In this document: piece by piece, positions 12,683 through 25,732 of the stretch
How the letters are laid out: the number at the start of each line of letters is the position of its first letter
How positions within the stretch are numbered: the first letter of the stretch is position 1
DNA from: Eledone cirrhosa
Lineage: Eukaryota
DNA: 64,000 nt
NCBI GenBank assembly: GCA_964016885.1
Contig: OZ024744.1
Coordinates: forward strand, 86,304,001-86,368,000
Reading direction: 5' to 3'
Program-made: the position numbers and the translations under genes
Notes under the pieces: model-generated
What the model was told of the DNA's origin: nothing
What the model saw: only the letters and a program-made list of their open reading frames with translations
Database searches by the model: none

Positions 12683-12733
12683 AGATTCCTGATGATTTCT
12701 AATGAATGAAACAGTTCTAGTCCTGTAGAATCT
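12683..12733 (+). ncRNA. Isolated canonical type I hammerhead ribozyme (family C)
   Basis: AGATTC-CTGATGA-tTTCtaatGAAt-GAAACAG-ttctagtc-CTGTA^-GAATCT; perfect 6-bp stem I, 4-bp stem III, intact core. Confidence 0.88.
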
Positions 12734-12812
12734 CATCTATATAATATATATATATATACATATATATACATATATATATAAATATATATATATATACATA
12801 TATATACATATA

Positions 12813-13792
<980 letters not shown>

Positions 13793-13795
<3 letters not shown>

Positions 13796-13949
13796 GACGC
13801 CATGCTTTGCAGCATAGAATCATGGTCCTTTACGTTCTGAGTTAAAATCCTGCCGAGGTTAATTTTGCCTTTCATCATGGAATTGAAAAAGTAATGTACC
13901 AGTAATGCACTGCGATATTTGCTGGCCTTGTGCCTAAACTAGAAACAAT
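13793..13949 (+). mobile_element. SINE copy (5'-truncated, diverged)
   Basis: TCGGACGCCATGCTTT...GCCTTTCATC...GGCCTTGTGCCTAAACTAGAAACAATT matches the other copies. Confidence 0.85.
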
Positions 13950-14019
13950 TATATATGTTTACGATGCGTGTTAATAGATCGAAGAGGCAAACTGCTTGAA
14001 GAAATTTGAAGGAAGTATA

Positions 14020-14172
14020 TCTTCTTCTTCTTCTTCTTCTTCTTCTTCTTCTTCTTCTTCTTCTTCTTCTTCTTCTTCTTCTTCTTCTTCTTCTTCTTCT
14101 TCTTCTTCTTCTTCTTCTTCTTCTTCTTCTTCTTCTTCTTCTTCTTCTTCTTCTTCTTCTTCTTCTTCTTCT

Positions 14173-14207
<35 letters not shown>

Positions 14208-14357
14208 TTCTTCTTCTTCTTCTTCTTCTTCTTCTTCTTCTTCTTCTTCTTCTTCTTCTTCTTCTTCTTCTTCTTCTTCTTCTTCTTCTTCTTCTTCTTC
14301 TTCTTCTTCTTCTTCTTCTTCTTCTTCTTCTTCTTCTTCTTCTTCTTCTTCTTCTTC
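14020..14357. repeat. (TTC)n microsatellite with an internal (TCG)n block
   Basis: Visible; TCG block ~14173-14207. Confidence 0.98.
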
Positions 14358-14646
14358 GTGGGTTTGAGAAAATACCAGATTGGTGACCAAAACTGCAATA
14401 TGGGGAAAGGTACGAAAATGAACCTTACCGCATGAACAAGGGCTACCAAGAGACGTGTTCAAGCCTTAGGTAGAAGGGCCTGTTCGAAAAATATGTTGCA
14501 GTCAACATTTCAACCCGCAAAAGCTGGCGATGGGCGGGCGGTCGTCCAGGGAGGCGTCAGCTGGACGCACAAATATAGGATTTCCCGAAAGGAGTCGGAA
14601 ATAGTGCAATCCTATATATATATGTATGTGTATATACTCATACATG

Positions 14647-14736
<90 letters not shown>

Positions 14737-14738
<2 letters not shown>

Positions 14739-16212
14739 ATTGAGAAAAATGGCAGGAGGCTAGACTGGTGAAATTCCTTAAAGATTTATTACAAACACTA
14801 TGCACATTTATTACAAACACTATGCACATTTCAATGACCAGGTTCCGTAGGAACCTGGAGACATCATCAGGTATTACAAAATGTATCTAATAAAGGAATA
14901 TAATAATGGTAGACACAATCCAAGGGGCTGAAAAGTAGAGAGAAATGTTTAAATCCTGAAAATACTCGGAATGGTTGGTACACTCCTGCGCCCTGGGTGG
15001 ACCGGGAATTCGTTGCGCCACTGGTTATTGGCCGCCAGACAGTACTCTTAAATTGTAAACTTAAATTTCATTAAATTTTACTACCTTTAAACTTCACACC
15101 ACTAATAGGAATAACTAATAATCGTTTGGTATACGCTGGATGATCGGGTAGCTGTGATGGCCTTCCCACTGCACCCGCAGCGCCTGTGTCTGTCAGCCTT
15201 CCTGGAGTGCTTGGAAAAATAAATTTCCCTTTCTTTGGGTAGACGAAAATACTCGGAACGGTTGGTACGCCCTTGAGTCCTTGGTGGACCGGGAATCCGT
15301 TGCGTCACTGGTTATTAGCCGTCTCAGTACTTATATTTTAAACTTGAAGTTTACATTTTTAATCTTTAATCTTAACTTTAAATTATTCCCTAAAACTTTA
15401 TAATGACTATCAAAAATATATTTAACTTCTACATAAATGCTTCCTTCTACAAATTCTTTAAATAAATTTTTCAATTTTAAAACAAAATTTTACATTTTTA
15501 ATCTTTAATCGTATTTTAAATTATATCTTTCAATTCTAAACCTATATTTTACATTTATAATCTGTAATCGTCATTTCAAATTCTACCTTAAAACCTTTTG
15601 GGCTCTGGTTCTGACTGTACATCCGTCCATTTTTTTCGTACTTTTGACTAACGCCAACGAAAAGGTTTTCTTTTATGTAACCTGATCTCCTTCACCCCTA
15701 CCATGTGTCCATTTGGCTGAGGGTGACAGCCTGATAGTAGTGGAATGCTCTATAAGCATACAATCCCCTGACAAGACCGTCAACACTAAATTACTAAATT
15801 AAGTAGATTCCTCACTTGAAGGCGATCATCCAGACTGGCAAAAACTAGCTCTGGCCGCCTTTAGATCTTAAACATTTCTCTCTACTTTTCAGCCCCCTTG
15901 GATTGTGTCTACCATCATTATATTCCTTTATTAGATACATTTCGTAACACCTGATGATGTCACCAGGTACCGTAGGAACCTGGTCATTGAAATGTGCATA
16001 GTGTTTGTAATAAATCTTTAAGGAATTTCACCAGTACAGCCTCCTGTAATTTTACTCAATAATAATTAATTGTGTTCTCGCACCACCATCAAGATTCAAC
16101 ATAAGCGAAGATGGATGAGTTGCATTACGTCGAGTGCTTTCCCTAATATTACATCACGGTTGACTATACGGAATTACCAGTTTTATCCAGTGGTGAACCA
16201 ACAAACTAAACT

Positions 16213-16282
<70 letters not shown>

Positions 16283-16368
16283 GTGGTGCGAGAAATCAGT
16301 TAATTATTATTGAGTAAAATGACAGGACGCTGGACTGGTGAAATTCCTTAAATATTTATTACAAACAC
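14737..16368. mobile_element. Non-coding Penelope-like cassette with inverted pLTR copies, HHR family E
   Basis: 14737-14956 is an inverted copy of ~15862-16062. Third inverted fragment at 16278-16368. Internal ~75-bp direct repeat at 14959 and 15246. Confidence 0.75.
15946..16005 (+). ncRNA. Type I hammerhead ribozyme (family E; second copy 14816-14875 on -)
   Basis: AACAC-CTGATGA-[tgtcACCAGGTaCCgtaGGaACCTGGTcatt]-GAAAT-gtgc-ATA^-GTGTT. Confidence 0.85.
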
Positions 16369-16379
16369 ATATATATAAA

Positions 16380-17395
16380 TAGCCTGCTTTTAAATTCCCT
16401 TTTTGGCATATTATAATCAGTGAGATTTTGGCTATCGTGTTGAGCTCTGCTGAGGATCGAATTCCAACCGTGACCATCCCCACTGAAAGTTTTCGTGAAA
16501 TAGTCTTTTCAAGAATATACAGAGCATTTGTAGTTTTTCCAAATTGAAGGATGAGTATTTTAGACTTTATTTTATCATGAGTTCAGGCTCTATTGATTTT
16601 TCCCTGGATTTCACTAAATTCTGTTGGATGAATCTATATCCTGATTCTTTTTGAATTGAGTTTGAATTATTTTTCCCACATCTTATATTAACCATTTTCC
16701 CATTTTGATGCTTTAGTCACTTATATATTATGGAATACTGTTGGCTTCTTGCTACAATAATTTCTATACTTTTCTTTTATATTTATACTCGGATTTCTTT
16801 CCTAGAGTGCTTAAATTATTTGTGACTAATCCCGGTCTTTTAAAAAAAAAACCGCGATAATATTGCTTTTTGCTGAACTCCTTATTGTAGAGTTTTTTTC
16901 GGAATGGTTTTGACTGTTCTTTTATGTAAACAAACATCTCATTCTGACGGGCCAGCCCTGTTTCCACATGTGCGTTTTATTTTCATAATCACGCATGATG
17001 TTGAACTAGCCTGCTTTTAAATTCCCTTTTTGGCATATTATAATCAGTGAGATTTTGGCTATCGTGTTGATCTCTGCTAAGGATCGAATTCCAACCGTGA
17101 CCATCCCCACTGAAAGTTTTCGTGAAATAGTCTTTTCAAGACTATACAGAGCATTTGTAGTTTTTCCAAATTGAAGGATGAGTATTTTAGACTTTATTTT
17201 ATCATGAGTTAAGGCTCTATTGATTTTTCCATGGATTTCACTAAATTCTGTTGGATGAATCTATATCCTGATTCTCTTTTAGATGAGTTTGAATTATTTT
17301 CCCCACATCTTACGTTAACTATTTTCCCATTTTGACGCTATAGTCACTTATATATAATGGAATACTGTTGGCGAGTTGCTACAATAATTTCTGTA
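16380..17395 (+). mobile_element. Partial tandem repeat (627-bp period, ~385-bp repeat) with HHR family F
   Basis: 16380-16765 repeats at 17007-17392. HHRs at 16444-16525 and 17071-17152, consensus GCTCTG-CTGAGGA-[40 nt]-GAAATAGTCTT-ttc-AAGACTATA^-CAGAGC. Confidence 0.8.
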
Positions 17396-17684
17396 ACCTT
17401 TCATTTATATATATATATATATATATATAAATTCATAAGGACATATATGTATATATTTAGACATAGTCACAGATACATATATGAGTGTGGCTCTATGAAA
17501 GACTAGATACATTTTATCTGACTGTTCCTCATAGAGGAAAGTTTGTGACATTTTTCTGTTATTTCTTCAAAGTTACATTTTAAACTTATCTCCGTTTAAA
17601 TGATTATTTTTCTAGTTGATTTCTACGGACTAAGGAGGAAAAGAATTGGATATATTTTTTCTGACTGTTCTTCAAACTTATAAT

Positions 17685-17803
<119 letters not shown>

Positions 17804-17923
17804 CATACATATATATTCATATATATTCATTATTGTAGACTATTTTTCATAGCGAAAACAGAAAATATGTGAAGATTATAAATTATACATAAGCTCAACG
17901 TTTCTAAAAATAGAACACACGCC

Positions 17924-18035
<112 letters not shown>

Positions 18036-18320
18036 TTAATGTTAGTTGTTGGTTCGCCAACTTCAGCACCCCATTGATAGGTGAGCTTGTTTTATTACAA
18101 TATGTGGTTTTTTGTATAATTTGTATTACACCATGGTCGATTTTCTTTATAAACAGTGATTAATATTAATGATACCTACGACACGAGGTGTCAGAGTATC
18201 ACCCTATCTCCCTAACGAAACCAAGAATTATTGATCCCAGAGTCAGGAGTGATCAATACAGATCGTACCTTATGCTGATAAATCGCGAAACACACATCGC
18301 ACCTAAATAAACTTTATTAT

Positions 18321-18500
18321 ATTGGCAGTATCGGTAGAGGGTCGGACGCCATGCTTTGCAGCATAGAGTTACGCTCTTTTATGATCTGCGTTCAAATCTC
18401 GCCGAGGTTAACTTTGCCTTTCATCCTTACAGGGTCGATAAAATAAAGTACCAGTAATACACTGGGATAATTGATGGCCTTGTGCCAAAAGTAGAAACAA
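18321..18500 (+). mobile_element. SINE copy
   Basis: Same consensus as 9227-9411. Confidence 0.9.
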
Positions 18501-18548
18501 TTATATTCTGACACCGCATTCCTACTCATTATTCCTTACACACACACA

Positions 18549-18584
<36 letters not shown>

Positions 18585-18769
18585 TGTATATATATATATA
18601 TATATATATGCATATATATATATATATATATTTATAAAAATAACAGATATATATTTATCCTTATATATATAGGTCAGTTTATGTTGTTTTGATTGGTCTG
18701 ACCAACATATGAACTCAAAACGTTAGATATTTATATGCCTTTTATATTCATTCTGTCATTACTACAACA

Positions 18770-18849
18770 GATGTCCGACGAGCTTTTGATTCCAGAGTCG
18801 GGTCAGATCGAACTTTGAGCTGATCTATAGCGAAACGCGCGTCACCAAT
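18770..18849 (+). ncRNA. Degenerate hammerhead (family G), CCGACGA core, GAAAC-gcgc-GTC
   Basis: Core at 18775-18781; stem II closed by GCT/AGC with an internal AGATC/GATCT helix; weak stem I. Confidence 0.55.
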
Positions 18850-18916
18850 AAGTAAACGTAATGAAGGCTTTACAAATCACCCTTGTGTCATTATTATTAT
18901 TATTATTATTATTATT

Positions 18917-21900
18917 ACAGTTGCATTTATCTTGCTTTATGTTCATACGAGTTATCACCAAGTCACAACCAGTGACCTCAAGAGACAACAAGGTCCGCCA
19001 TGTTCAAGAAAGAACATACATACTCACACATGCATCTTTAGTGTTTAGACTTGTGATGTACTTATATTGACAGAATCTTCCTTAGTATATGGGCAGTTCC
19101 CATTAGTACTATCTTTTGTATTTCTCCTATACGCGGGTTTCCTGGGATTTGCGATGAGTAATCATTAGACCCCTTAGGTATCATTCCCAGAGCGCCTACA
19201 ACCACTGGTATTGTTTTGGTTCTCAATTTCCACATTTTTCCAATTTCTATCTCCAGGTCCTTATACTTGCTCAATTTTTCAAATGTTTTTATATATACAT
19301 TCTTGTCTATTGGAACAGACATATCAATTAGCAGGCATACCCTCTTTTGAAAGTCTTTCAATATTATATCAGGTCTGTTTGCATCTATTTTTCGGTCTGT
19401 TTGGATGCTAATGTTCCACAAGATTGAGATGTGATCTTTTTCAAGTATGGGAGGTGGTTGATGCTCCCACCAATTCTTTTGATGGGGCAGGTCAAAATGC
19501 TTACACATTATCCAATGTATGTATTGTGCAACTCTGTCATGCCTGTTTAGGTATTCGGTTGGAGCTATAGGACTGCACATTGAAATTATATGGTCAATGG
19601 TCTCTGGTTGTTTTTTGCATACACGGCATAATGGGCTGCACCCATTTTTTATTATGTTGGGTTGGTAATTTTTTGTTGGCAGACACTGATCTTGTGCCGA
19701 TATAATCAGTCCTTCAGTCTCCGATTTCAGTCCAGAGGATGCCAACCACTGATGGGTTAAAGTTTTGTCAACATCAGGATTGTTAGCTCGCTCTGGGTAT
19801 TTTCCATACAGAGGCTTTTCTTACCATTCCTTAGCCAGTTTCTGTAGCAGTTCTTTCTTTGCAGTTACTTTTACCTGCTTTGCTTTTTCTGTGTTTTCCA
19901 TTTCAGCAGTAAATGGGACTTCTGAAATTTGTAGTCCATTACTGTATCTTTGTGCATCTTTTGTAATGGAATATGATCTTTTGATGCTTTCGTGTTTCAA
20001 AACGAGTTTGATCATCCAATCATGTGATTCCCTTAGATATGTAGATAATCCAATTGTTGCAGTTTTCAACGCAATGTCTAACTGGATTAACCCACATCCT
20101 CCCTCTTTCCTAGGGAGATATATTCTATCTATATCTGCCTTAGGGTGATGCATTCTGTGCATGGTTAAGAATTTTCGAATTTTTGTATCGAGCCTACGGA
20201 TCTCTGTGCTTGACCAGTTGATGACATTGTAACTGTAGGTTACTACTGGTATGGCAAGCGTGTTTATGGCATCGATCCTATTCCTTGCATTCAATTCCGT
20301 TCTTAAGATTGCTCTTACTCTGCGGTAACATTCCTTCCTTATCCTTTCCCTCATTGTCGAGTGCTTGATTCCGTCTCCTTCACAAACACCTAGATATTTG
20401 TAAGTTTTTTCTTGATCAAGTTCTCTTATCACGTTCCCCCGATCAAGATTAATGTCTGAACTCTTTAGCAGCTTTCCTCTGGTGAACGTTGCTTTGGCGC
20501 ATTTATCTAGTCCAAACTCCATTTTAATGTCATCACTGAACTGCTCCACAGTGGATAATAGCCCTTGCAATTGTTCATCATTTTTTGCAAATAGTTTCAG
20601 GTCATCCATGTAGAACAGGTGATTAATGGTTTTGTCATAGACTTTATATCCATGTTTTGTTTCATTGAGCATTTTACTTAATGGTATAAGTGCGATGCAG
20701 AATAAAAGCGGTGATAAAGAGTCACCCTGAAAAATTCCACAATTAATATTAACTTCTCCAGCTTCCAGTGATTTTGTTTCACTATTCAAAAGGAGTGTCG
20801 TTTTCCATGTCTTCATACTGAATGACAAACACCTCTTGACAACGGGGGATATTTTGAAAATCTCTAAACATTTTTCAATCCAACTGTGTGGCAAACTATC
20901 GAATGCTTTTTTATAATCTATCCAAGCAATCGATAGATTTTTGTGTCTATTATGACAATCTTCCAGTATCATTTTGTTAACCAGAAGCTGATCCTTACAG
21001 CCATATGAGCCTCGTTTACACCCTTTCTGCTCAATGGGAAATAGGTCATTTGTTATCAGGTGGTCATATGTGTATTCAGTTAGGACTGATGTTAAAATTT
21101 TATACATTGTGGTAAAGCAAGTTATCGGTCTGTAATTTTTGGGATTGTTTGTCTCATCATTCTTCGGAAGCAGGAATGTAATGCCGTTAACTAGCCATGA
21201 AGGTATCTTTTCTGGCTCCTTAACTATTTCATTGTAAAGTTGGGCTAACAGCTCATGAGACTCTGTGAAGGCATTTATCCAAAAGTTTTGTATTTTGTCT
21301 TTTCCTGGGGATTTCCATTTGCTGGTTTTTCTTAGAGCCAAGCGCAACTGTTCAACTGTTATATTTTCCCATGTTTGTTCCTCAAAGTGAGCTGTATCTT
21401 TCATTTGTCTGTCTATCCATGGGGCATGTATGTTATGAACTTTTTCTTCGGCCCAGATCTTTTCCCAGAATTCTTGCACTTCCTCCTTGGGTGGTATTGA
21501 TTTAGCAGTTATTGTTGACTTACCAATTTTTCTGTAGAAGTTTCTTTGGTTGTTTTTGAACATATTATTGTCCTTATAGAATCTAGATCGTTTTTCAAAG
21601 CGCCTTATACGAGCAGCTTTGGCCGACACTTTTTGCTTGATTATTTCTATCAGCATGTCTATGCCACATGTTGATTTTATACTTTACTTTTTTTTCAATT
21701 TTCTAAGTTTAGTTTGTTTAACATGTTCACCTACTTTATAGTTTGTTAAAATTTCTATGTCAGATCGGAGAAGGTTTATTTGGCGATTGATGTTCTCTTG
21801 CCAAGTAGATTTCTTGTGGGAATTCCTTTGTTTTTTCATCTTCACTCCACATAAGTGAGTGGTGACTTTAGCCGATGCATAATAGAGATGATTTAAATCA

Positions 21901-22191
21901 GTAATGTTTAGTTTGTTTGTGATGATAATGTTTTTGAGAATTATGTTAGTCTTGTGTATTATCTTTTGGTTCTGTTTGGAGTTCTGGATCTTAGGGAGGG
22001 TGTCTCGTTGCCCCATGTCAGATTCTTTCATTTTCATCCATTCGATCATAATTTCATCCTTCAAGTTGGCAAGTTCATTCTCATTCATTTCTTTATCATT
22101 TACGATCTCATTATTTTCATTTGGAGTTTCATCCTGAGCATGCACTCCCTCCACTTTTTCGATCCTTTCTTTAATTTGTTCTGTTGCCAGT
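18917..22191 (-). mobile_element. R4/Dong-type non-LTR retrotransposon (RT + restriction-like endonuclease), 5'-truncated, nearly intact frame
   Basis: 611-aa ORF with NYRPITC, DYKKAFDS, GIFQGDSLSPLLF and YMDDLKLF. After one stop the same frame continues to CRVC...ETIDHI, RHDRVA, NRPDII and KLSKYKDL. Flanked by (TTA)n on both sides. Confidence 0.93.
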
Positions 22192-22192
22192 G

Positions 22193-22244
<52 letters not shown>

Positions 22245-22246
<2 letters not shown>

Positions 22247-23210
22247 GTTGCATTTATCTTGCTTTATGTTCATACGAGTTATCACCAAGTCACAACCAGT
22301 GACCTCAAGAGACAACAAGGTCCGCCATGTTCAAGAAAGAACATACATATTCACACATGCATCTTTAGTGTTTAGACTTGTGATGTACTTATATTGACAG
22401 AATCTTCCTTAGTATATGGGCAGTTCCCATTAGTACTATCTTTTGTATTTCTCCTATACGCGGGTTTCCTGGGATTTGCGATATGTAATCATTAGACCCC
22501 TTAGGTATCATTCCCAGAGCGCCTACAACCACTGGTATTGTTTTAGTTCTCAATTTCCACATTTTTCCAATTTCTATCTCCAGGTCCTTATACTTGCTCA
22601 ATTTTTCAAATGTTTTTATAGATACATTCTTGTCTATTGGAACAGACATATCAATTAGCAGGCATACCCTCTTTTGAAAGTCTTTCAATATTATATCAGG
22701 TCTGTTTGCATCTATTTTTCGGTCTGATTGGATGCTAAAGTTCCACAAGATTGAGATGTGATCTTTTTCAAGTATGGGAGGTGGTTGATGCTCCCACCAA
22801 TTCTTTTGATGGGGCAGGTCAAAATGCTTACACATTATCCAATGTATGTATTGTGCAGCTCTGTCATGCCTGTTTAGGTATTCGGTTGGAGCTATAGGAC
22901 TGCACATTGAAATTATATGGTCAATGGTCTCTGGTTGTTTTTTGCATACACGGCATAATGGGCTGCACCCATTTTTTATTATGTTGGGTTGGTAATTTTT
23001 TGTTGGCAGACACTGATCTTGTGCCGATATAATCAGTCCTTCAGTCTCCGATTTCAGTCCAGAGGATGCCAACCACTGATGGGTTAAAGTTTTGTCAACA
23101 TCAGGATTGTTAGCTCGCTCTGGGTATTTTCCATACAGAGGCTTTTCTTGCCATTTCTTAGCCAGTTTCTGTAGCAGTTCTTTCTTTGCAGTTACTTTTA
23201 CCTGCTTTGC
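22245..23210 (-). mobile_element. Second, shorter copy of the same R4/Dong-type family (RLE domain + 3' UTR)
   Basis: Nearly identical to 18917-19885; flanked by (TTA)n. Confidence 0.93.
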
Positions 23211-23242
<32 letters not shown>

Positions 23243-23429
23243 GGGCGGTGGATTGGCAGTATCGGTAGAGGGTCAGACACCATGCTTTCCAGCATAGTTA
23301 CGTCCCTTTACGATCTGTGTTCAAATCCCGCCGAGGTTGACTTTGCCTTTCATCCTTACGGGGTCGATAAAATAAAGTACCAGCAATGCACTGGGATAAT
23401 TGATGGCCTTGTGCCAAAAAGTAGAAACA

Positions 23430-23473
<44 letters not shown>

Positions 23474-23873
23474 AGGCGGTGGATTGGCAGTATCGGTAGA
23501 GGGTCGAATGCTATGCTTTCCAGCATAGTTACGTCCCTTAACGATCTGAGTTCAAATCCCGCTGAGGTTTACTTTGCTTTTCATCCTTACGGGGTCGATA
23601 AATTAAAGTACCATTAATGTACAGGGTAATTGCTAGCCTTGTGCCAAAAAGTAGAAACAATTATTATTATTATTATTATATATGACGGCGGTGGATAGGC
23701 AGTATCGGTAGAGGGTCGGACGCCATGCTTTCCAGCATATTTACGTCCCTTCACGATCTGAGTTCAAATCCCGCCGAGGTTGACTTTGCCTTTCATCCTT
23801 ACGGGGTCGATTAAATAAAGTACCAGTAATGAACTGGGTAATTTGCTGGCCTTGTGCCTAAAGTAGAAACAAT
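23243..23873 (+). mobile_element. Three tandem SINE copies separated by (TTA)n
   Basis: Copies at 23243-23430, 23475-23660 and 23686-23872. Confidence 0.93.
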
Positions 23874-23885
23874 TATTATATATAT

Positions 23886-23916
<31 letters not shown>

Positions 23917-24159
23917 TCCCTTTATGCAATAAAGAAAAGAACTTGACGTTTAACGTAGCATCCTTCTTAGATCTGGTATCTCGTGGTTGGTGCAGTAAGG
24001 AAGTTGAATACTTCGGTGAACATAGGAAAAGTCGTAAATGTCCACAACTGAATAATACATATTTCTATGCTCGGCATACGTCATTGGCGATGTCGCAAAC
24101 TATGTCTATATTTTTCTGTAACTCAATACGGATTGCTGAATTAAATCTTTTAAATTTTC

Positions 24160-24240
24160 ATTAAATCTGATGACATCACCGATTGTCTTACGTCATGATC
24201 TGATGATGTAAGTCGGTCACAGAAATACATATTATGTAAT
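24160..24240 (+). ncRNA. Candidate type I hammerhead (family H) with long stem II
   Basis: ATTAAAT-CTGATGA-[..ACCGA..CTTACGTCAT-gatctg-ATGATGTAAG-TCGGT..]-GAAAT-acat-ATT^-ATGTAAT. Confidence 0.6.
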
Positions 24241-24812
24241 TGTGGAACATTAAAGGAATATATTTGAAGCCTGCCGTCGAAAGGATGTTGTCACTTCGTG
24301 TTCGGTCAGGCATATACTATACCAACGATGGCCCTGGCAGGCCAGAGGTAGTGGTGTGAGAGCTAATCTGGTGATGGTGTTAGCAGCTGAAGACAGGTGA
24401 ATGTATTAAAGCGTCCCAGACTGTTCATCCTTTGGACTCTCCCTCTGACTTTTAAAGGGATTATAAATCAAGTGATTCTTACAAGTTGATTTATCTGGTT
24501 TTCTTATCAATATGCTCATCAGTTAAATGTCCCTGGTCGACGGCTATCGCTTTAACCGTATTATTATCACGTTGACACCCGAAGATCTTTAATGAATGGT
24601 CATTTATTTAAGCTGTGGTGTAGAAGGAAGTGAGGAGGGGTGCTTAAGCTAAAAGGTGTGAGTATGGCTCTGTGCATGTGTGTGTACGTGCTATCTTAAT
24701 ATAGTGGGTTCGTGTCTTCGTACCCGCAGATACATGTACATTGTCATATAGGAGCAACATTATATCTACTTAAATACAAATACTTAGGCGATTAATTCTC
24801 CAAGTCAAACTC

Positions 24813-24907
<95 letters not shown>

Positions 24908-25421
24908 ATCTCCATATCCGTCGCTTTGTCTTCCTTTCTCCACCCTTTCTTTCCGAGTATATACGCATGTATATATGGACATATATGTATATGGATGTAT
25001 ATAAGATATGTTTACTCAACTTAGTACAACTTTATACATACTGACAACTGCACATCGAGTGGTCACATTGGTGAACCTACAATAGCTTGACGTTATAACC
25101 ACTATATATATAATATATATATATATATGAGAAAAATTGAGCGCTGCGTGGTTGCACATGGGTTACACATGAATAAAATTAGTCCTTCATCAGTGATCTT
25201 CCAACTTTCCTTGGTATTTCATCGCTTTAAAAACCATATACCTCTAGTTGGCGCGAGCAATAACAAATAAAGTTATTGGGACAAGTAAAATAGGCTGAAA
25301 CGAGCGAGACATGTAAACAAACAACGATGGTATCGCAACGATATATATATATATATATATTAGAAAGTTAGGTTTTTTTTACAAAATGAAAAATAACCGA
25401 GGTGTCCTACACGAGTGAAAG

Positions 25422-25665
25422 TATAAAGGAAAAAAGATGAAATCAAAAATATAACTGGAGTCTTATTTAAAAATATATATATATATTTATTTGGTTCCTT
25501 TACCGGTTTCGCAGTTCTTCTGCTTTTCAAAAGTAGAGTTGAGATGGAGGGTCAACTCAACTGTACTTTTGAAAAGCAGAACTGCGAAACCAGTACAGGA
25601 ACCAAATAAATATATATATATTTTAAAAATAAGACTCCAGTTGCATTTCGATTTCATCTTTTTTT

Positions 25666-25672
<7 letters not shown>
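25422..25672. repeat. Palindrome centred on an HHR-like stem II (family I half-motifs)
   Basis: ~120-bp imperfect arms. Both strands read ...GAACTGC-GAAAC-NN-GTA outward from the central hairpin (25511-25585). Confidence 0.75.

Positions 25673-25727
<55 letters not shown>

Positions 25728-25732
<5 letters not shown>

Noticed and set aside
16764-16967. 67-aa minus-strand ORF in the family F cassette as a possible Penelope N-terminus
   Set aside because: It is antisense to the ribozyme and has no motif I can confidently recognise.
23243-23873. Regularly spaced repeats resembling a CRISPR-like array
   Set aside because: They are ~185-bp SINE copies separated by (TTA)n in a eukaryotic context, with no cas genes.
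24490-24530. Minus-strand CTGATGA...GAAA
   Set aside because: No convincing stem II, stem III or stem I pairing; likely chance. The same applies to ~30133 and ~58232.
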